From positions 1 to 43,350 of IMG/VR virus record IMGVR_UViG_3300044210_000067: 43,350 bases of DNA. One strand, written 5' to 3'. Under the pieces are notes generated by a model, which saw only the letters and a list, made by a program, of their open reading frames with translations, was not told where the DNA came from and made no database searches. Source of the stretch: a virus. Lineage: Duplodnaviria; Caudoviricetes. The stretch's first letter is position 1. Every line of letters begins with the position of its first letter. The translations under genes and the position numbers were made by a program. Of this stretch, positions 26,901-34,742 are shown one piece after another.

Positions 26901-28052
26901 GGGCTTGTTGATCAGCTTCAAATTATGGCTTATGGGCTTGGGATGGCACCATCTCGGCGTCTGAAATTGGAGCGAAAGGTACGTCAGGCAAACGGGATAG
27001 TTTCTGATGCTAAGGCACAGCATTCTCTCGTGTTTGGATGCTCGAATGACTTAGTTCGTCTTAGGGGAGGCGGATCTGTGAAGTTATCTGGAGTCGAATT
27101 GAAAGACAAGACCGAATCAGGGCGAAAACATATCGTTGTCGATAATCATATTTATATCAAAGTGAGAAAAACGTGCAACTGGATCCATTCAGGCCCAGTT
27201 TATAGCCTGAATGTGGATGAGGATCACAGTTATTTTGCCGGATTTGTGTATACGGATAACTGTTTGAGAACATTACTATACCAAGACAAATTGCGACAGG
27301 CACAGACATCGATAGCCTCTCGTGCCATGACACCCAAGCGCGTCGTTTGGGCAGACAAAATGTCTGATCCGGATACGGAGGCCTTACGCGATCAAATTGA
27401 ACAGGCAATTATTGATCCAGATTTCACTGTTGTCACCAACTTTGAGATCCACTGGGATGAGGTTGGGGCTCGGGACCGGCTTCTTGATCTCGGGACTGAA
27501 TATGAAATTACTAATAAACTTCTGTTTATTGGTTTGCGCATTACTGAGTCAATGCTTACCGGAGAGTCTACGTACTCGGGTGAACGAATCCATCTTGATG
27601 TAATGAATACGATGTATTTGCTCTACCGTGAAACTGTCTCAGAGTTTGTAGAGCAATTCTTATTTGCCCCGGTGGCCGAAAAGAAGGGATTTGTCGAGGA
27701 GGATGAAAACGGGAATCGAATACTACTTTATCCAAAGCTACAATTCACCCGTTTAGCCCTTCGTGATAATTCAGAACTTCAAGATTTCATGTTCAATCTC
27801 TACCAAAAGGGATCTTTACCGATTGCCTTTATTTTGGATTTGTTGAACATTGATGCTGATGAGGCTTTAGACTTATTGAAACGTGATATGTGGACTCCGA
27901 ACGATTCAACGTTCAATGAGTTCGTACGGTCTGTTTTGCAGAAGATTGGTGATGATGCCGGAAGCTACACCGATGTACTCGAAAAAGTAGCTACCAATGC
28001 CGGGCTTAAGATGACAGGTCAGAAGGGTGACCGGTTTGGTAAGAGTGAATAA
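20988..28052 (+). CDS. Portal protein with four inteins (2354-aa precursor, 598 aa spliced)
   Basis: Joined exteins read FWYN-THPIVGAAIDFH-TDVPMSK...EYWLHGN-CFLF...RGISLLER-CLRTLLYQDKLRQAQ..., a portal-like pattern. Position between terminase and protease. Confidence 0.85.
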   Translation: MPSNKKVGVRPDPRVNMPVVKVDDQVHARPKLTKLEKLARKEASQSIRIAAISGDFGNAGDLSIRTADANFYSPQLSTDFLELPQSEREKRELFRFWYNCFPPSAPVTIANGTTIPIEEVRVGDRVPNGMGEPTQVTRLFRNHIDDVIIQMRVRGVQSDVQATGNHPFYVLRASAVDCQHSQATGACKNGNNDICRRLKCDGTDFGTPEFIYAKDLKVGDYIISPCLADIRDCGLKREEIRLLGYYAAEGSIAYRAAGVVRGVEFSLSLDEATTIAVEISELFERLFGKKARIYLDNNRHTTKVVCDGIEFARFCEEWVGRGSHKKQLREDLVKSHPEQVLEFLGAYWNGDGCFTDNSYTADTMSRNLAAQVFRMLRGLGIPAYHSQYDRPLRIINERKYPPGIVHYISFPGRYYDTFSKYANWVNGEYSASSTRVYIIQSKYGFLHRIESIEAVPYQGYVYNIEVDGEGDRKSYIAYNLATHNTHPIVGAAIDFHCFPPGAPVMMRDGTASPIELLQIGDEVINGMGESTKVRQTFKHHVQGPVTRLKVRGIQEDIVCTENHPFLVYRAKQIDCKFSANGMGACKVGTKFLCRQKQCAGNVFGRPQFVFAQDLEEGDYICSPAMVTVRSTFSRAQLRLLGYYAAEGSLCRTKYGKFDRVVFTLGASEFNTIANEVMEAFHSEYDHLAHKRMRMDSNACDVKCYKKDFAEFCERHVGSGSHNKRLSLDLMDSPREDILEFLGAYWNGDGSLTKNGFVATTVSVQLAHQIYALALKVGYTPTLHTIKPKSRASGFRSRGNTYRIIIPYRVHSEFLMYANFVQNGYDAKTTREYHIQVGSYALRRIEKIDTIQYDGLVYNIEVDGEGDRKSYVAYGLATHNTDVPMSKIRLSLPKGKDVKRNRQILHFYTQMCNRIRLFQALYDATHEYWLHGNCIPEKSRVRMPGGYKNAGMIEVGDLVLTHHGRWRPVTTVFTREVNELLSFSFWKTYRQLQTTDDHPVEVLCGNEFKFLPAKDITSGDYVRITWPSENHDVDIVDFRSDVVKDTGNGYTVMRSYSHTRNPDAARARAGMLAWLSTITKPTVRTRGDLAREFHVSESTLNNVITKLRSELPVFHRRVGRHEGSRVEWLPIGPMEDDPSRYEWTQPYTYESPLSLPVCDNFLYVVGYWLGDGTLGRDSNRDTWGRGLWQIVFSSKSGGSRERIYNYLLTAFGSKCVRSWNSNGMDHVRIISSPAFIEWWSSTFGDSSFGKNPKKVPEWILNLPPDRLRHVVAGLIDSDGCVGQTRRGHVTFAVCSQALADFLRDAAMKLGAVVNENTRSTRKVRLPNGKPAKSRPQYIIQALDRESCERMTSVGLKRPLPDQTYSRPTHFIRIDDSVALQVRDRVRIPGCRVVNFEVDEDHTYQVDGFSTHNCFLFAEDHDMTDDIPSELLSDEVEEEVNETDYAGRVQTRKESKKQQKPDSERAKNIREYVAQNYRGWERLQILPPEQVKLEVFQYTNRVRMELIPSEKDRQVVMKAVEQGDPEAARIADDIPEQIRRDLLDGQPIPLNTSPFDDFLCSSFCYHLSHKKSAYDDRGISLLERCHLPGTEVTALRDGQVLQVPIEELDPETDKVLGGSGKWRGFQWGTRPYNGSVVEIEFEKLSKSIVSTPDHKIHILRDGIELETTADKVMVKDYIRAAVVKAPHIIDKVSLHDFFLKEKWTYKHRDTKEQRLVSITPERIRDGLILHHSWIDENPQRAGRASLLKRVSEWISGLKEETVLLSEDFRSIFGGMGDSVYRALMADLAVAGYEAPIVTVTGSRFKSKGRLFRPAVVDASSLYEKTSTQECPSELKLTRELGYLIGYFLGDGCISSRKSAITYGLLDICYDAETPNSSKSIDLIKEYCSQFKVRSVHRTNRVDSIQFHDDWFNRWLGRNFGHNKQDKHLPEWIDSTPEEFRFGLLNGLFDSDGWVSLYKNQPGYVDATICMTTKGLVDQLQIMAYGLGMAPSRRLKLERKVRQANGIVSDAKAQHSLVFGCSNDLVRLRGGGSVKLSGVELKDKTESGRKHIVVDNHIYIKVRKTCNWIHSGPVYSLNVDEDHSYFAGFVYTDNCLRTLLYQDKLRQAQTSIASRAMTPKRVVWADKMSDPDTEALRDQIEQAIIDPDFTVVTNFEIHWDEVGARDRLLDLGTEYEITNKLLFIGLRITESMLTGESTYSGERIHLDVMNTMYLLYRETVSEFVEQFLFAPVAEKKGFVEEDENGNRILLYPKLQFTRLALRDNSELQDFMFNLYQKGSLPIAFILDLLNIDADEALDLLKRDMWTPNDSTFNEFVRSVLQKIGDDAGSYTDVLEKVATNAGLKMTGQKGDRFGKSE
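21285..22439 (+). mobile_element. Portal intein 1 (385 aa, LAGLIDADG)
   Basis: CFPPSAPV...ATGNHPF...LLGYYAAEGS...FLGAYWNGDG...LATHN then Thr(+1). Confidence 0.93.
22476..23624 (+). mobile_element. Portal intein 2 (383 aa, LAGLIDADG), paralog of intein 1
   Basis: CFPPGAPV...CTENHPF...LLGYYAAEGS...FLGAYWNGDG...LATHN then Thr(+1). Confidence 0.93.
23784..25220 (+). mobile_element. Portal intein 3 (479 aa, LAGLIDADG plus HTH-like insertion)
   Basis: CIPEKSRV...TTDDHPV...VGYWLGDG...VAGLIDSDG...FSTHN then Cys(+1). Confidence 0.93.
25734..27260 (+). mobile_element. Portal intein 4 (509 aa, LAGLIDADG, atypical DN terminus)
   Basis: CHLPGTEV...STPDHKI...IGYFLGDG...LNGLFDSDG...VYSLNVDEDHSYFAGFVYTDN then Cys(+1). 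Confidence 0.9.
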
Positions 28053-28081
28053 TCAGGCTTTTTTAGGCCGTACAGTCAGAC

Positions 28082-29533
28082 ATGCTGCACCACGCTGATA
28101 GTTCGCTTCCTCAAGCAGAGCGAGAAGAGCGTGAGGTTCAGCGTCTTAGACCACTAAAGAAGCCTCGTAGTCGTAAATATAAGCCACGTCGGGAACCTCG
28201 ACGTGATTTACGACGTCGTCGTATGAAGGTTCAGGATTCAGATTTAGGTGGAAGGGATAAGGACCTTTCACTGAATCGCAAAGATGTAGGTAGTTATTTG
28301 GCTGACATAGCGTTGGTAGTGGCAGTTGATGCAGCAGCTTCTAATGGCGCGGGGGTGACCGAGACCATGCTTTTAAAGACTGCCACATATCATGGTGTGA
28401 TTCATCAGGGCCATCCATCAGGTCCGACGAATACGGGATATCAGTCTATCGATAAGCGCTACTTCAATAAGGATCACCATGAATCAATCCTTATAGCAGC
28501 TAAAGAATATCTAGCCATGGATTGGTTGAAATATAACTGGGATCAGGTCGATACAGATGCACAGAGCCGAGCGGCTCTCGACCTTGCGATTCAGACTGCT
28601 AATGATGGTCTTTTTCAATCTAAGATTGATGCTGGTACTTATGAGATGCTTTTAGCACGCCTCACAGGTACGGACGAAGGTTTGTTTTCAAATACGTATA
28701 TTGGTAAGGTGAAGAAGGCTGCGGCTATGAACTCATACGTTCAAAACATCGTCCAAGTTGCCAATGACCTAAGACAAAAGGAGCCGCTGGCTTCTTTCAG
28801 ATTGCTTTGTAATGTGACTAAGTTGGCACAGAATCAGCATCACGGTCAGCAACAAAACCAGGCTATAGGTCCTAAATTCAATCCCAAGGAGGTTAAGCGC
28901 CAACTTGGTGAATTGATGAAAGTACGTGATCAAGAGGATCTAGTAGAGGCTATAGGTAAATTGCAGGAGACTTTTCATTCTGCATCACGAGTTGCTGCTG
29001 AGGCAGATTTGTCGGTGTTGGAGGTGCTGACTGACACCGAAGTTAAAGAGTTGATTCGGTCTGTAGAACCTGACGTGCGAAAATTTGAGCGGGGTTTAGA
29101 CGATGTGCTTGGCTCTGAGGAGTATGCTACGCGTTCGCTAAACCCGGACGAATTGCAGCAACTGCTTCAGGGTTTTGATGCTATGATTGATGAATTTGTC
29201 CAAGCTGCTAAGCAAAAAAAGACAGCCTGCGTGCAAGTGAATATTGCGGCGCTAGTGCGTCTGGCGGCTAATGTTCCTGAATCTCAACAGTATATCAGAG
29301 AAGCTTTAATTCTGGCAAAGAAGAAGGTAGATCGTACCCGCCAGAAAAAGGTTTCTCAGCAGGACGACGACCAAGAAAAAGTCACTAAGAAGCCATCTGG
29401 AGGTAAGAAGACTCCTTCGTTCCTTAAGGGTAAGGGGAAGAAGAACGACCAGGAGAAAGGCAAGAGTAAGTCACCGAAGGGTAAAGGAAAAAAAGCTTCG
29501 GTACACATTGCCATGGCAGACGTGACCTGGTAG
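28082..29533 (+). CDS. Hypothetical head-region protein with basic N- and C-terminal tails
   Basis: 483-aa ORF with an Arg/Lys-rich N-terminus and a Lys-rich C-terminus. Confidence 0.75.
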   Translation: MLHHADSSLPQAEREEREVQRLRPLKKPRSRKYKPRREPRRDLRRRRMKVQDSDLGGRDKDLSLNRKDVGSYLADIALVVAVDAAASNGAGVTETMLLKTATYHGVIHQGHPSGPTNTGYQSIDKRYFNKDHHESILIAAKEYLAMDWLKYNWDQVDTDAQSRAALDLAIQTANDGLFQSKIDAGTYEMLLARLTGTDEGLFSNTYIGKVKKAAAMNSYVQNIVQVANDLRQKEPLASFRLLCNVTKLAQNQHHGQQQNQAIGPKFNPKEVKRQLGELMKVRDQEDLVEAIGKLQETFHSASRVAAEADLSVLEVLTDTEVKELIRSVEPDVRKFERGLDDVLGSEEYATRSLNPDELQQLLQGFDAMIDEFVQAAKQKKTACVQVNIAALVRLAANVPESQQYIREALILAKKKVDRTRQKKVSQQDDDQEKVTKKPSGGKKTPSFLKGKGKKNDQEKGKSKSPKGKGKKASVHIAMADVTW

Positions 29534-29590
29534 TCAATACGACGATACAGCTTCTATGAACACTAACCAGCGGAGATCCCGGAGATTATC

Positions 29591-30109
29591 ATGATTAACA
29601 AGGAAACTGCGAACCAGATCCTGAGTACACTTGACAGGACTGCGAACAAGCTCGAGGCAGCCGTTAAGGCCGGGATACTCGATTCGAGACTTGCGATGTC
29701 ACTTGTGCATGAAATCGATTCTTATGCAGATCGGTTCCAAATTGCTGCATTTGGTGAAGGGTCATTTCGGCGGCATCAGACCATGATGAAACAGGCCAGA
29801 GTCATAAAGAGAGACTCTGATGAGCAATATATGGATACCTTCAATAATCCAAATAAGGTAATCCAGAGTGATCAGGATGAGCCGTACATGCACCAGACGC
29901 CATCATCGTTCAATGCTAAGGCAATTGATAATTACGATCAAGATCGGACAACGACTGTGTCCGATCGTGATGAATACGCAGTGCGTGATTTGAGCGATTT
30001 ATCAGAGCCTACTAAGAAACAACCTAGTTGGTCTAGAGGACCCGCTGGGAAGAGCACTCGCCAAGGTGCAACTCAACCGCAGCCGCGGTCGAAGAAGCAG
30101 TGGGCCTGA
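29591..30109 (+). CDS. Hypothetical protein
   Basis: 172-aa ORF, SD GGAG. Internal duplication VIKRDSDEQYM / VIQSDQDEPYM. Confidence 0.75.
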   Translation: MINKETANQILSTLDRTANKLEAAVKAGILDSRLAMSLVHEIDSYADRFQIAAFGEGSFRRHQTMMKQARVIKRDSDEQYMDTFNNPNKVIQSDQDEPYMHQTPSSFNAKAIDNYDQDRTTTVSDRDEYAVRDLSDLSEPTKKQPSWSRGPAGKSTRQGATQPQPRSKKQWA

Positions 30110-30138
30110 GGCGTTCTTTCCCCTCTACGGAGAGGACG

Positions 30139-30906
30139 ATGATTAGAACAGCCTTTATAGATGATCAGCTCGCTGCCCGTGACTTTAATACGGGTGATAT
30201 GGTACGTAAGCCCGGGTTCAGAGGGCTTTTGCTTTCACCATATGTGGGCAGGGTTCTCTTCTCAAATGTTGACACTGGCATGGTGTCGGTTCAGTGGCCA
30301 TGGGGAGAAGAACAAGAAAGAGCTGTAGAGCTAATTCGAGATATGTCTGGGGATTTCTTGCCCGCCACCTATGATCAGGCATATTCGAGTTGGGAGCGCA
30401 CACGTTATGAAGGGTCGACTGAGACGGTAAAAGTCGATAAAAAATGGCGGGAGTCATTAGCAGCTAGGATTGTGAGGCAGTACGAGGCGAAGACTATGCC
30501 TCTATATCGTACTGCCTGCAAGGCTATGCACCGCGGTATGAGTGAGATGGAGGCCTTTGCTACAATTTCGGCAGCTCTGGCTTCTATATATGGAGATGAT
30601 GCTGTACGACGTACTGTGAGTAATCTCTATGGAACCGCTGTGCGTCTTGCAATTTACTGGCATGACCCGAAGCGTCGCTATCGGGTTACTCAGAAAGAGA
30701 AAAATTCAGGCGTTCTGTCTTGTCCACGCTGTCGCAGGCCGTTAAAGCTGCGTACATATCGTCAAGGTCAGAAGGCTTTACAATGCCGCAACTGTGGGTT
30801 TACTATTCATCCGCGTGATCTCATATACCCTAAGAGGCAACAAGTATCGCCAGGGGTAGTTCCAGTTGCGCAGGATGATATTCATTGCCAGGATCGTAGA
30901 CGCTAA
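30139..30906 (+). CDS. Hypothetical protein with C-terminal Zn ribbon
   Basis: ATG 30139 behind GGAGAGG; CPRC-x16-CRNC near the C-terminus. Confidence 0.75.
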   Translation: MIRTAFIDDQLAARDFNTGDMVRKPGFRGLLLSPYVGRVLFSNVDTGMVSVQWPWGEEQERAVELIRDMSGDFLPATYDQAYSSWERTRYEGSTETVKVDKKWRESLAARIVRQYEAKTMPLYRTACKAMHRGMSEMEAFATISAALASIYGDDAVRRTVSNLYGTAVRLAIYWHDPKRRYRVTQKEKNSGVLSCPRCRRPLKLRTYRQGQKALQCRNCGFTIHPRDLIYPKRQQVSPGVVPVAQDDIHCQDRRR

Positions 30907-31008
30907 TCATCCGCAGCGGTCTGAGCACGGAAATACTGATTTCTAGTGGCAGGGATTGCCTATATAGATATCAGTTATAAGTGGTTATTTGAATCTTTTG
31001 CAAATAAA

Positions 31009-31587
31009 CTAAGATTCATGCACGTCGCGCACGATACTGTTTATAGTTACTTGTTCCCAGAGCAAGGCTACATCCTTTGCCGAAACTTCTCCGTGCTTTA
31101 CATCTAGACAGTGAATGATCTCCTTAAATTCATGCTCGATTGATATGAGTATATCGGTTTGGCGACGGATGACTTGAGCGCGGTCCACACGTTTTTCTTT
31201 GACGGTTTTTCGCATCACCTGACGAATCTTGTTTCGGATCAGTCGTACTGCGTTGCAAATGGCATGCTGTTGGCGGATAGGTAGTTTGGATCCAGGGTGC
31301 CAATAATATGGTTCAGCCTGAATTCCGGATATTTGCATTATAGCTTTACCCATCTCAAGATAGTCTTGCTGGGCTGCAATTTTCCCATTACGAGATGTTA
31401 CAGTTCCAATTTCGGCCCAATAAGTGAACGGAAAGGTTCGTTCGACAGAATCGAGCTTTAGTGTCACTCGGGGCCAAAGCCCTGATTTTGGATCTCCGAA
31501 TTGGACTTTTTTATGGGCAAGGACTATTTGCACTTTTTTTACATGAATTCGGCCAATGCGTTTAACAATGTAGTCGGGTGGAGTCAT
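31009..31587 (-). CDS. Hypothetical protein (accessory gene on the opposite strand)
   Basis: 192-aa ORF filling the gap in the + strand gene series; ends VHES. Confidence 0.7.
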   Translation of the reverse strand: MTPPDYIVKRIGRIHVKKVQIVLAHKKVQFGDPKSGLWPRVTLKLDSVERTFPFTYWAEIGTVTSRNGKIAAQQDYLEMGKAIMQISGIQAEPYYWHPGSKLPIRQQHAICNAVRLIRNKIRQVMRKTVKEKRVDRAQVIRRQTDILISIEHEFKEIIHCLDVKHGEVSAKDVALLWEQVTINSIVRDVHES

Positions 31588-31658
31588 TATTTATTGATAC
31601 GTCGGTGGATCACAGATTTTCATTTGGTTGATAGCTCTTCATTGACACTGATATTATA

Positions 31659-33194
31659 ATGGCGACTAGAAGATACGCAAGAGCCATCGTGTGTAACCCA
31701 TCTGTTCAATTTGACGAATGGATGGAGACACTGCGCAAGCAGCACGAGGGGGCTATTCCGAAAGATCAACTGGCACGAACTGCTAGTGTTGTTCTCCGTA
31801 AGTGCAATCCGAATCAATATCTGTTGTCACATGCTACAATCGTAGCATCAGTGGATTGTTATGCGCCTCGATCGGCTAAGACTGGGCGTCAGATGGTATA
31901 CGGGGCTCAGATCGATGTGCGATGGCCTGATTACCGTATTAGACCTGAATGCCACGAGCTTATTAATAATAATGGAGATGCTTGGGAACGGTCTTTATTG
32001 CTTCAGACCTACCGTACATTTATTGGAGCAGCAAACTATTTAGAGCATATCCAGTTACCAGCCCTTTCTAAGGGATTCATAGTTGATGCAATAGCCCGTG
32101 ATCTCGGAAAAACCTGTTATGTTGATATTCTAGTTGCTACTGAGCGTAAGCATCAGCAACTTGTTACGGACATATTATCAGGTGTGATTATCGGGTTGTC
32201 CATGGGGTGCATCTCGTTATTCACTATTTGCACTAAATGTGGAAACGTCGCTAGTGATGATTCTCAATCATGCCCATGCATTATGTATGAGGGCAAGGGT
32301 CGTAAGTTCTCGGATGAAGACGGAATTGAGCACCCAATTTCGGAGCTCATTGGACATTCGTCGGTTCCGAATTCGAACCAATTTATTGAGGCTAGTTGGG
32401 TTCGTAACCCAGCGTTCAGTGGCGCTATACGGCGTGGCTTTCTGAACCTGGGGCAAGAGACTATTGAACAGATTGGCCAGGCCAAAACTGCATATGAAAT
32501 GCGACAGGCAGAGCCACAACTTGAAGGACTGCGGCATGCAGCATCGGTTAGGCGAGGTCAGGCGCTCGACGATACTGAATCTCAGTTTCAGACTGAAATG
32601 GATGCGGCACAGGGTGGGCAGACACAAGCACCAGTGGATGGGACTGATCAAACAGGAACTGACCAAGGCCAGGTGTCACCTACTGATGACCCTATTTCGA
32701 ATCTAGTGCAGAAGGCTCAAGAGCAGTTACTTGAGCTTTTGGTGAAAGGTCTTGGAGAAAAGCTAACCCCTAAACCTGAGGATGTTGGATCAGTTGCTCC
32801 GGTATCTTTGCCAGTTACCATGCATTCAAATGATAACCTTGTTAGAGCTTTTGATCAGGGTTTAGCTCGTGTTTTTACAGGTCAAAATGAACTGGTGAAA
32901 TGGGCTTCTAAAGTATGGCGTATCGCCCATTTGGGCGGGCGACATGCTATTAAAAATGCTCATCTTTCGCCACGTGACATGGTAGTCCTTTCATGGATCG
33001 AGGATCGTATCAATGGCTGGGAATTACCAGCCGAGATTTATCAGATCGCGATGAATATTGGACCCATTACCGCTTTTCCGAGCGAGACTTCTTTCCTGGC
33101 TGCATGTAGAACCAGGATGGGTCGCAATCCCACTCCGGGCGAGTGCACAGCTTTGATCCGCAAGGGTCGAGTTGCGTCGATCGCAAATTTCTAA
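31659..33194 (+). CDS. Putative prohead (capsid maturation) protease with Zn-finger insertion
   Basis: INNNGDAW, YLEH, GLSMGC (candidate catalytic Ser), CTKC...CPC, FIEASWVRNPAF, resembling HK97/U35-type protease motifs. Upstream of scaffold and capsid genes. Confidence 0.72.
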   Translation: MATRRYARAIVCNPSVQFDEWMETLRKQHEGAIPKDQLARTASVVLRKCNPNQYLLSHATIVASVDCYAPRSAKTGRQMVYGAQIDVRWPDYRIRPECHELINNNGDAWERSLLLQTYRTFIGAANYLEHIQLPALSKGFIVDAIARDLGKTCYVDILVATERKHQQLVTDILSGVIIGLSMGCISLFTICTKCGNVASDDSQSCPCIMYEGKGRKFSDEDGIEHPISELIGHSSVPNSNQFIEASWVRNPAFSGAIRRGFLNLGQETIEQIGQAKTAYEMRQAEPQLEGLRHAASVRRGQALDDTESQFQTEMDAAQGGQTQAPVDGTDQTGTDQGQVSPTDDPISNLVQKAQEQLLELLVKGLGEKLTPKPEDVGSVAPVSLPVTMHSNDNLVRAFDQGLARVFTGQNELVKWASKVWRIAHLGGRHAIKNAHLSPRDMVVLSWIEDRINGWELPAEIYQIAMNIGPITAFPSETSFLAACRTRMGRNPTPGECTALIRKGRVASIANF

Positions 33195-33232
33195 ACCCTT
33201 GATAAAAGCTAGTCCATCAGGAGACACCCAAA

Positions 33233-34543
33233 ATGCGCGCACGAACCACGTGGCAATCCAAAGGCACTGCGGCTCCACGTCAAGCGGCAACTAATCGCCG
33301 CGCCGATATCTACACCATGAATCAGGAGCATCCGCAGCCGTCAGCGGTCGACTACGAAAAGGGCGATCCTGATGCATGGGCGGAAACTCCTGTTCCTGGC
33401 GATAAAATGACGGTGGAGGACGAATATGAGGGTGGCGCTGTTAAGCGAAATGAAATCGGCCTCCCCGATATGCGGGATGATACATTTAAGCATAAGGATT
33501 CCCACGTATGGGGTGGACCCGGAAAGTATGATAATGCTAGGGTCTCTTCTGAGCGTAAGGCTGTAGCTGCTGAGCGCATGGCTCGGGTGCTTTTGCGTGG
33601 AACTGGTAATGAACAGTTAATTGAACAAATGGCATGTGATCTGATGGCGCTACCAGATCGTTGCATGATTGCTACGATTAAGCGTATGGACGCAGCAAGC
33701 CCTGCAGCTCTACCATCAGATGCTAGACATCGCCGTGCTTTGCTTTGTACCAAGCTTGCCTACCGTCTTCTTGGCGATCATGCTGATGAAGAGGCCACAC
33801 AGATTGTGGCTACGGAGTTCATGAAGACCGAGGATTCTGTCCTACGTACTATTGCTCGTACTGTGGCTAGAATGGCCCAAGATGAGCAGCAGGAAGAGGA
33901 AGACGAGGAAGACGAGCATACTAGCCAGCAGCAACAGCAAGGCCAGCAACAGCAACAGCAGGGCCAGCAACAGCAAGGCCAGCAACAGCAACAGCAGGGC
34001 CAGCAACAGCAACAGGGCCAGCAACAGCAGCAACAACAAGGCCAGCAGCAACAACAACAAGGCCAGCAGCAGCAGCAGGATCAGGCGAAGTGCAGTCAGC
34101 AGCAAGATGCCTGTGGACTTTCTCCTGCTGAGTTAGTTGTGCTTGATCAGGTCATATCTCCTCAGGCTGTTCCGGCCGATCAGTTACAAGCGTTGTTTCA
34201 GCCATCCCCGATAGCTCCGGTCGAAGCTCTTCCAGTTTTGGCTACAGGGCAATCGGATCAACCGGATATATCGTTTGATGATGACGACGATGACGATGGT
34301 GGTGGTGAGCCTGAGGCAGCTGTGACAGCAGTGGCTTCGCTCGACGAGTTATTTGATGATGATCCTGAGGTTCAGGCTCAACGTCAGATCCAGGCTGCTC
34401 AGGATCAACAATTTCGTCGAGAGCTTGGTTATCAAGGCACTGAGCGGATTGCTTCTACTAGGGGCGTGAAAAAGCTCGGACAGGTTTCTCGTGTGCGGGA
34501 GTCTGTGATAGACCAGCTTGGAGCTATCTGGGAGCACCAATAA
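33233..34543 (+). CDS. Putative scaffolding protein with poly-Gln and acidic tracts
   Basis: Between protease and capsid genes; low-complexity, helical/disordered; SD AGGAG. Confidence 0.6.
   Translation: MRARTTWQSKGTAAPRQAATNRRADIYTMNQEHPQPSAVDYEKGDPDAWAETPVPGDKMTVEDEYEGGAVKRNEIGLPDMRDDTFKHKDSHVWGGPGKYDNARVSSERKAVAAERMARVLLRGTGNEQLIEQMACDLMALPDRCMIATIKRMDAASPAALPSDARHRRALLCTKLAYRLLGDHADEEATQIVATEFMKTEDSVLRTIARTVARMAQDEQQEEEDEEDEHTSQQQQQGQQQQQQGQQQQGQQQQQQGQQQQQGQQQQQQQGQQQQQQGQQQQQDQAKCSQQQDACGLSPAELVVLDQVISPQAVPADQLQALFQPSPIAPVEALPVLATGQSDQPDISFDDDDDDDGGGEPEAAVTAVASLDELFDDDPEVQAQRQIQAAQDQQFRRELGYQGTERIASTRGVKKLGQVSRVRESVIDQLGAIWEHQ
33926..34079 (+). repeat. CAG/CAA/GGC repeat encoding (Q4-7 G)n
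   Basis: QQQQQGQQQQQQGQQQQG..., a tract of about 50 codons. Confidence 0.95.
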
Positions 34544-34550
34544 TATAACT

Positions 34551-34587
34551 CATGGCCTTCCAGTACCTTGCGGACTGGAAGGCCATG
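34551..34587. promoter_or_regulatory. Perfect 14-bp hairpin after the scaffold gene (no U-tract)
   Basis: CATGGCCTTCCAGT, 9-nt loop, ACTGGAAGGCCATG. Confidence 0.75.
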
Positions 34588-34742
34588 CTGATACAAATAC
34601 ATATACAGGCATTTAGTACCTACGAGGTCTGCTCTGGATGATTCTGCAGGACCGAAAAGGACGGGCTCGCGGTTTAGATCGGACTGAACCCATTTTTTGG
34701 TAAGGCTGGATCAGATCAGAATCGGACTCACGGAGAGATACA

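Noticed and set aside
30907-31008. Intergenic gaps here and at 42124-42313 as possible tRNA/ncRNA genes
   Set aside because: No cloverleaf, T-loop GTTC motif or convincing stems visible by eye.
31642-31660. Perfect TTGACA and TATAAT hexamers upstream of the protease gene
   Set aside because: The spacer is only 7 nt and TATAAT overlaps the start codon, so this cannot be a sigma70 promoter.
33842-34136. Leu-rich minus-strand ORF and Ser/Asn-rich alternate-frame ORF
   Set aside because: Shadows of the poly-Gln CAG/CAA repeat.
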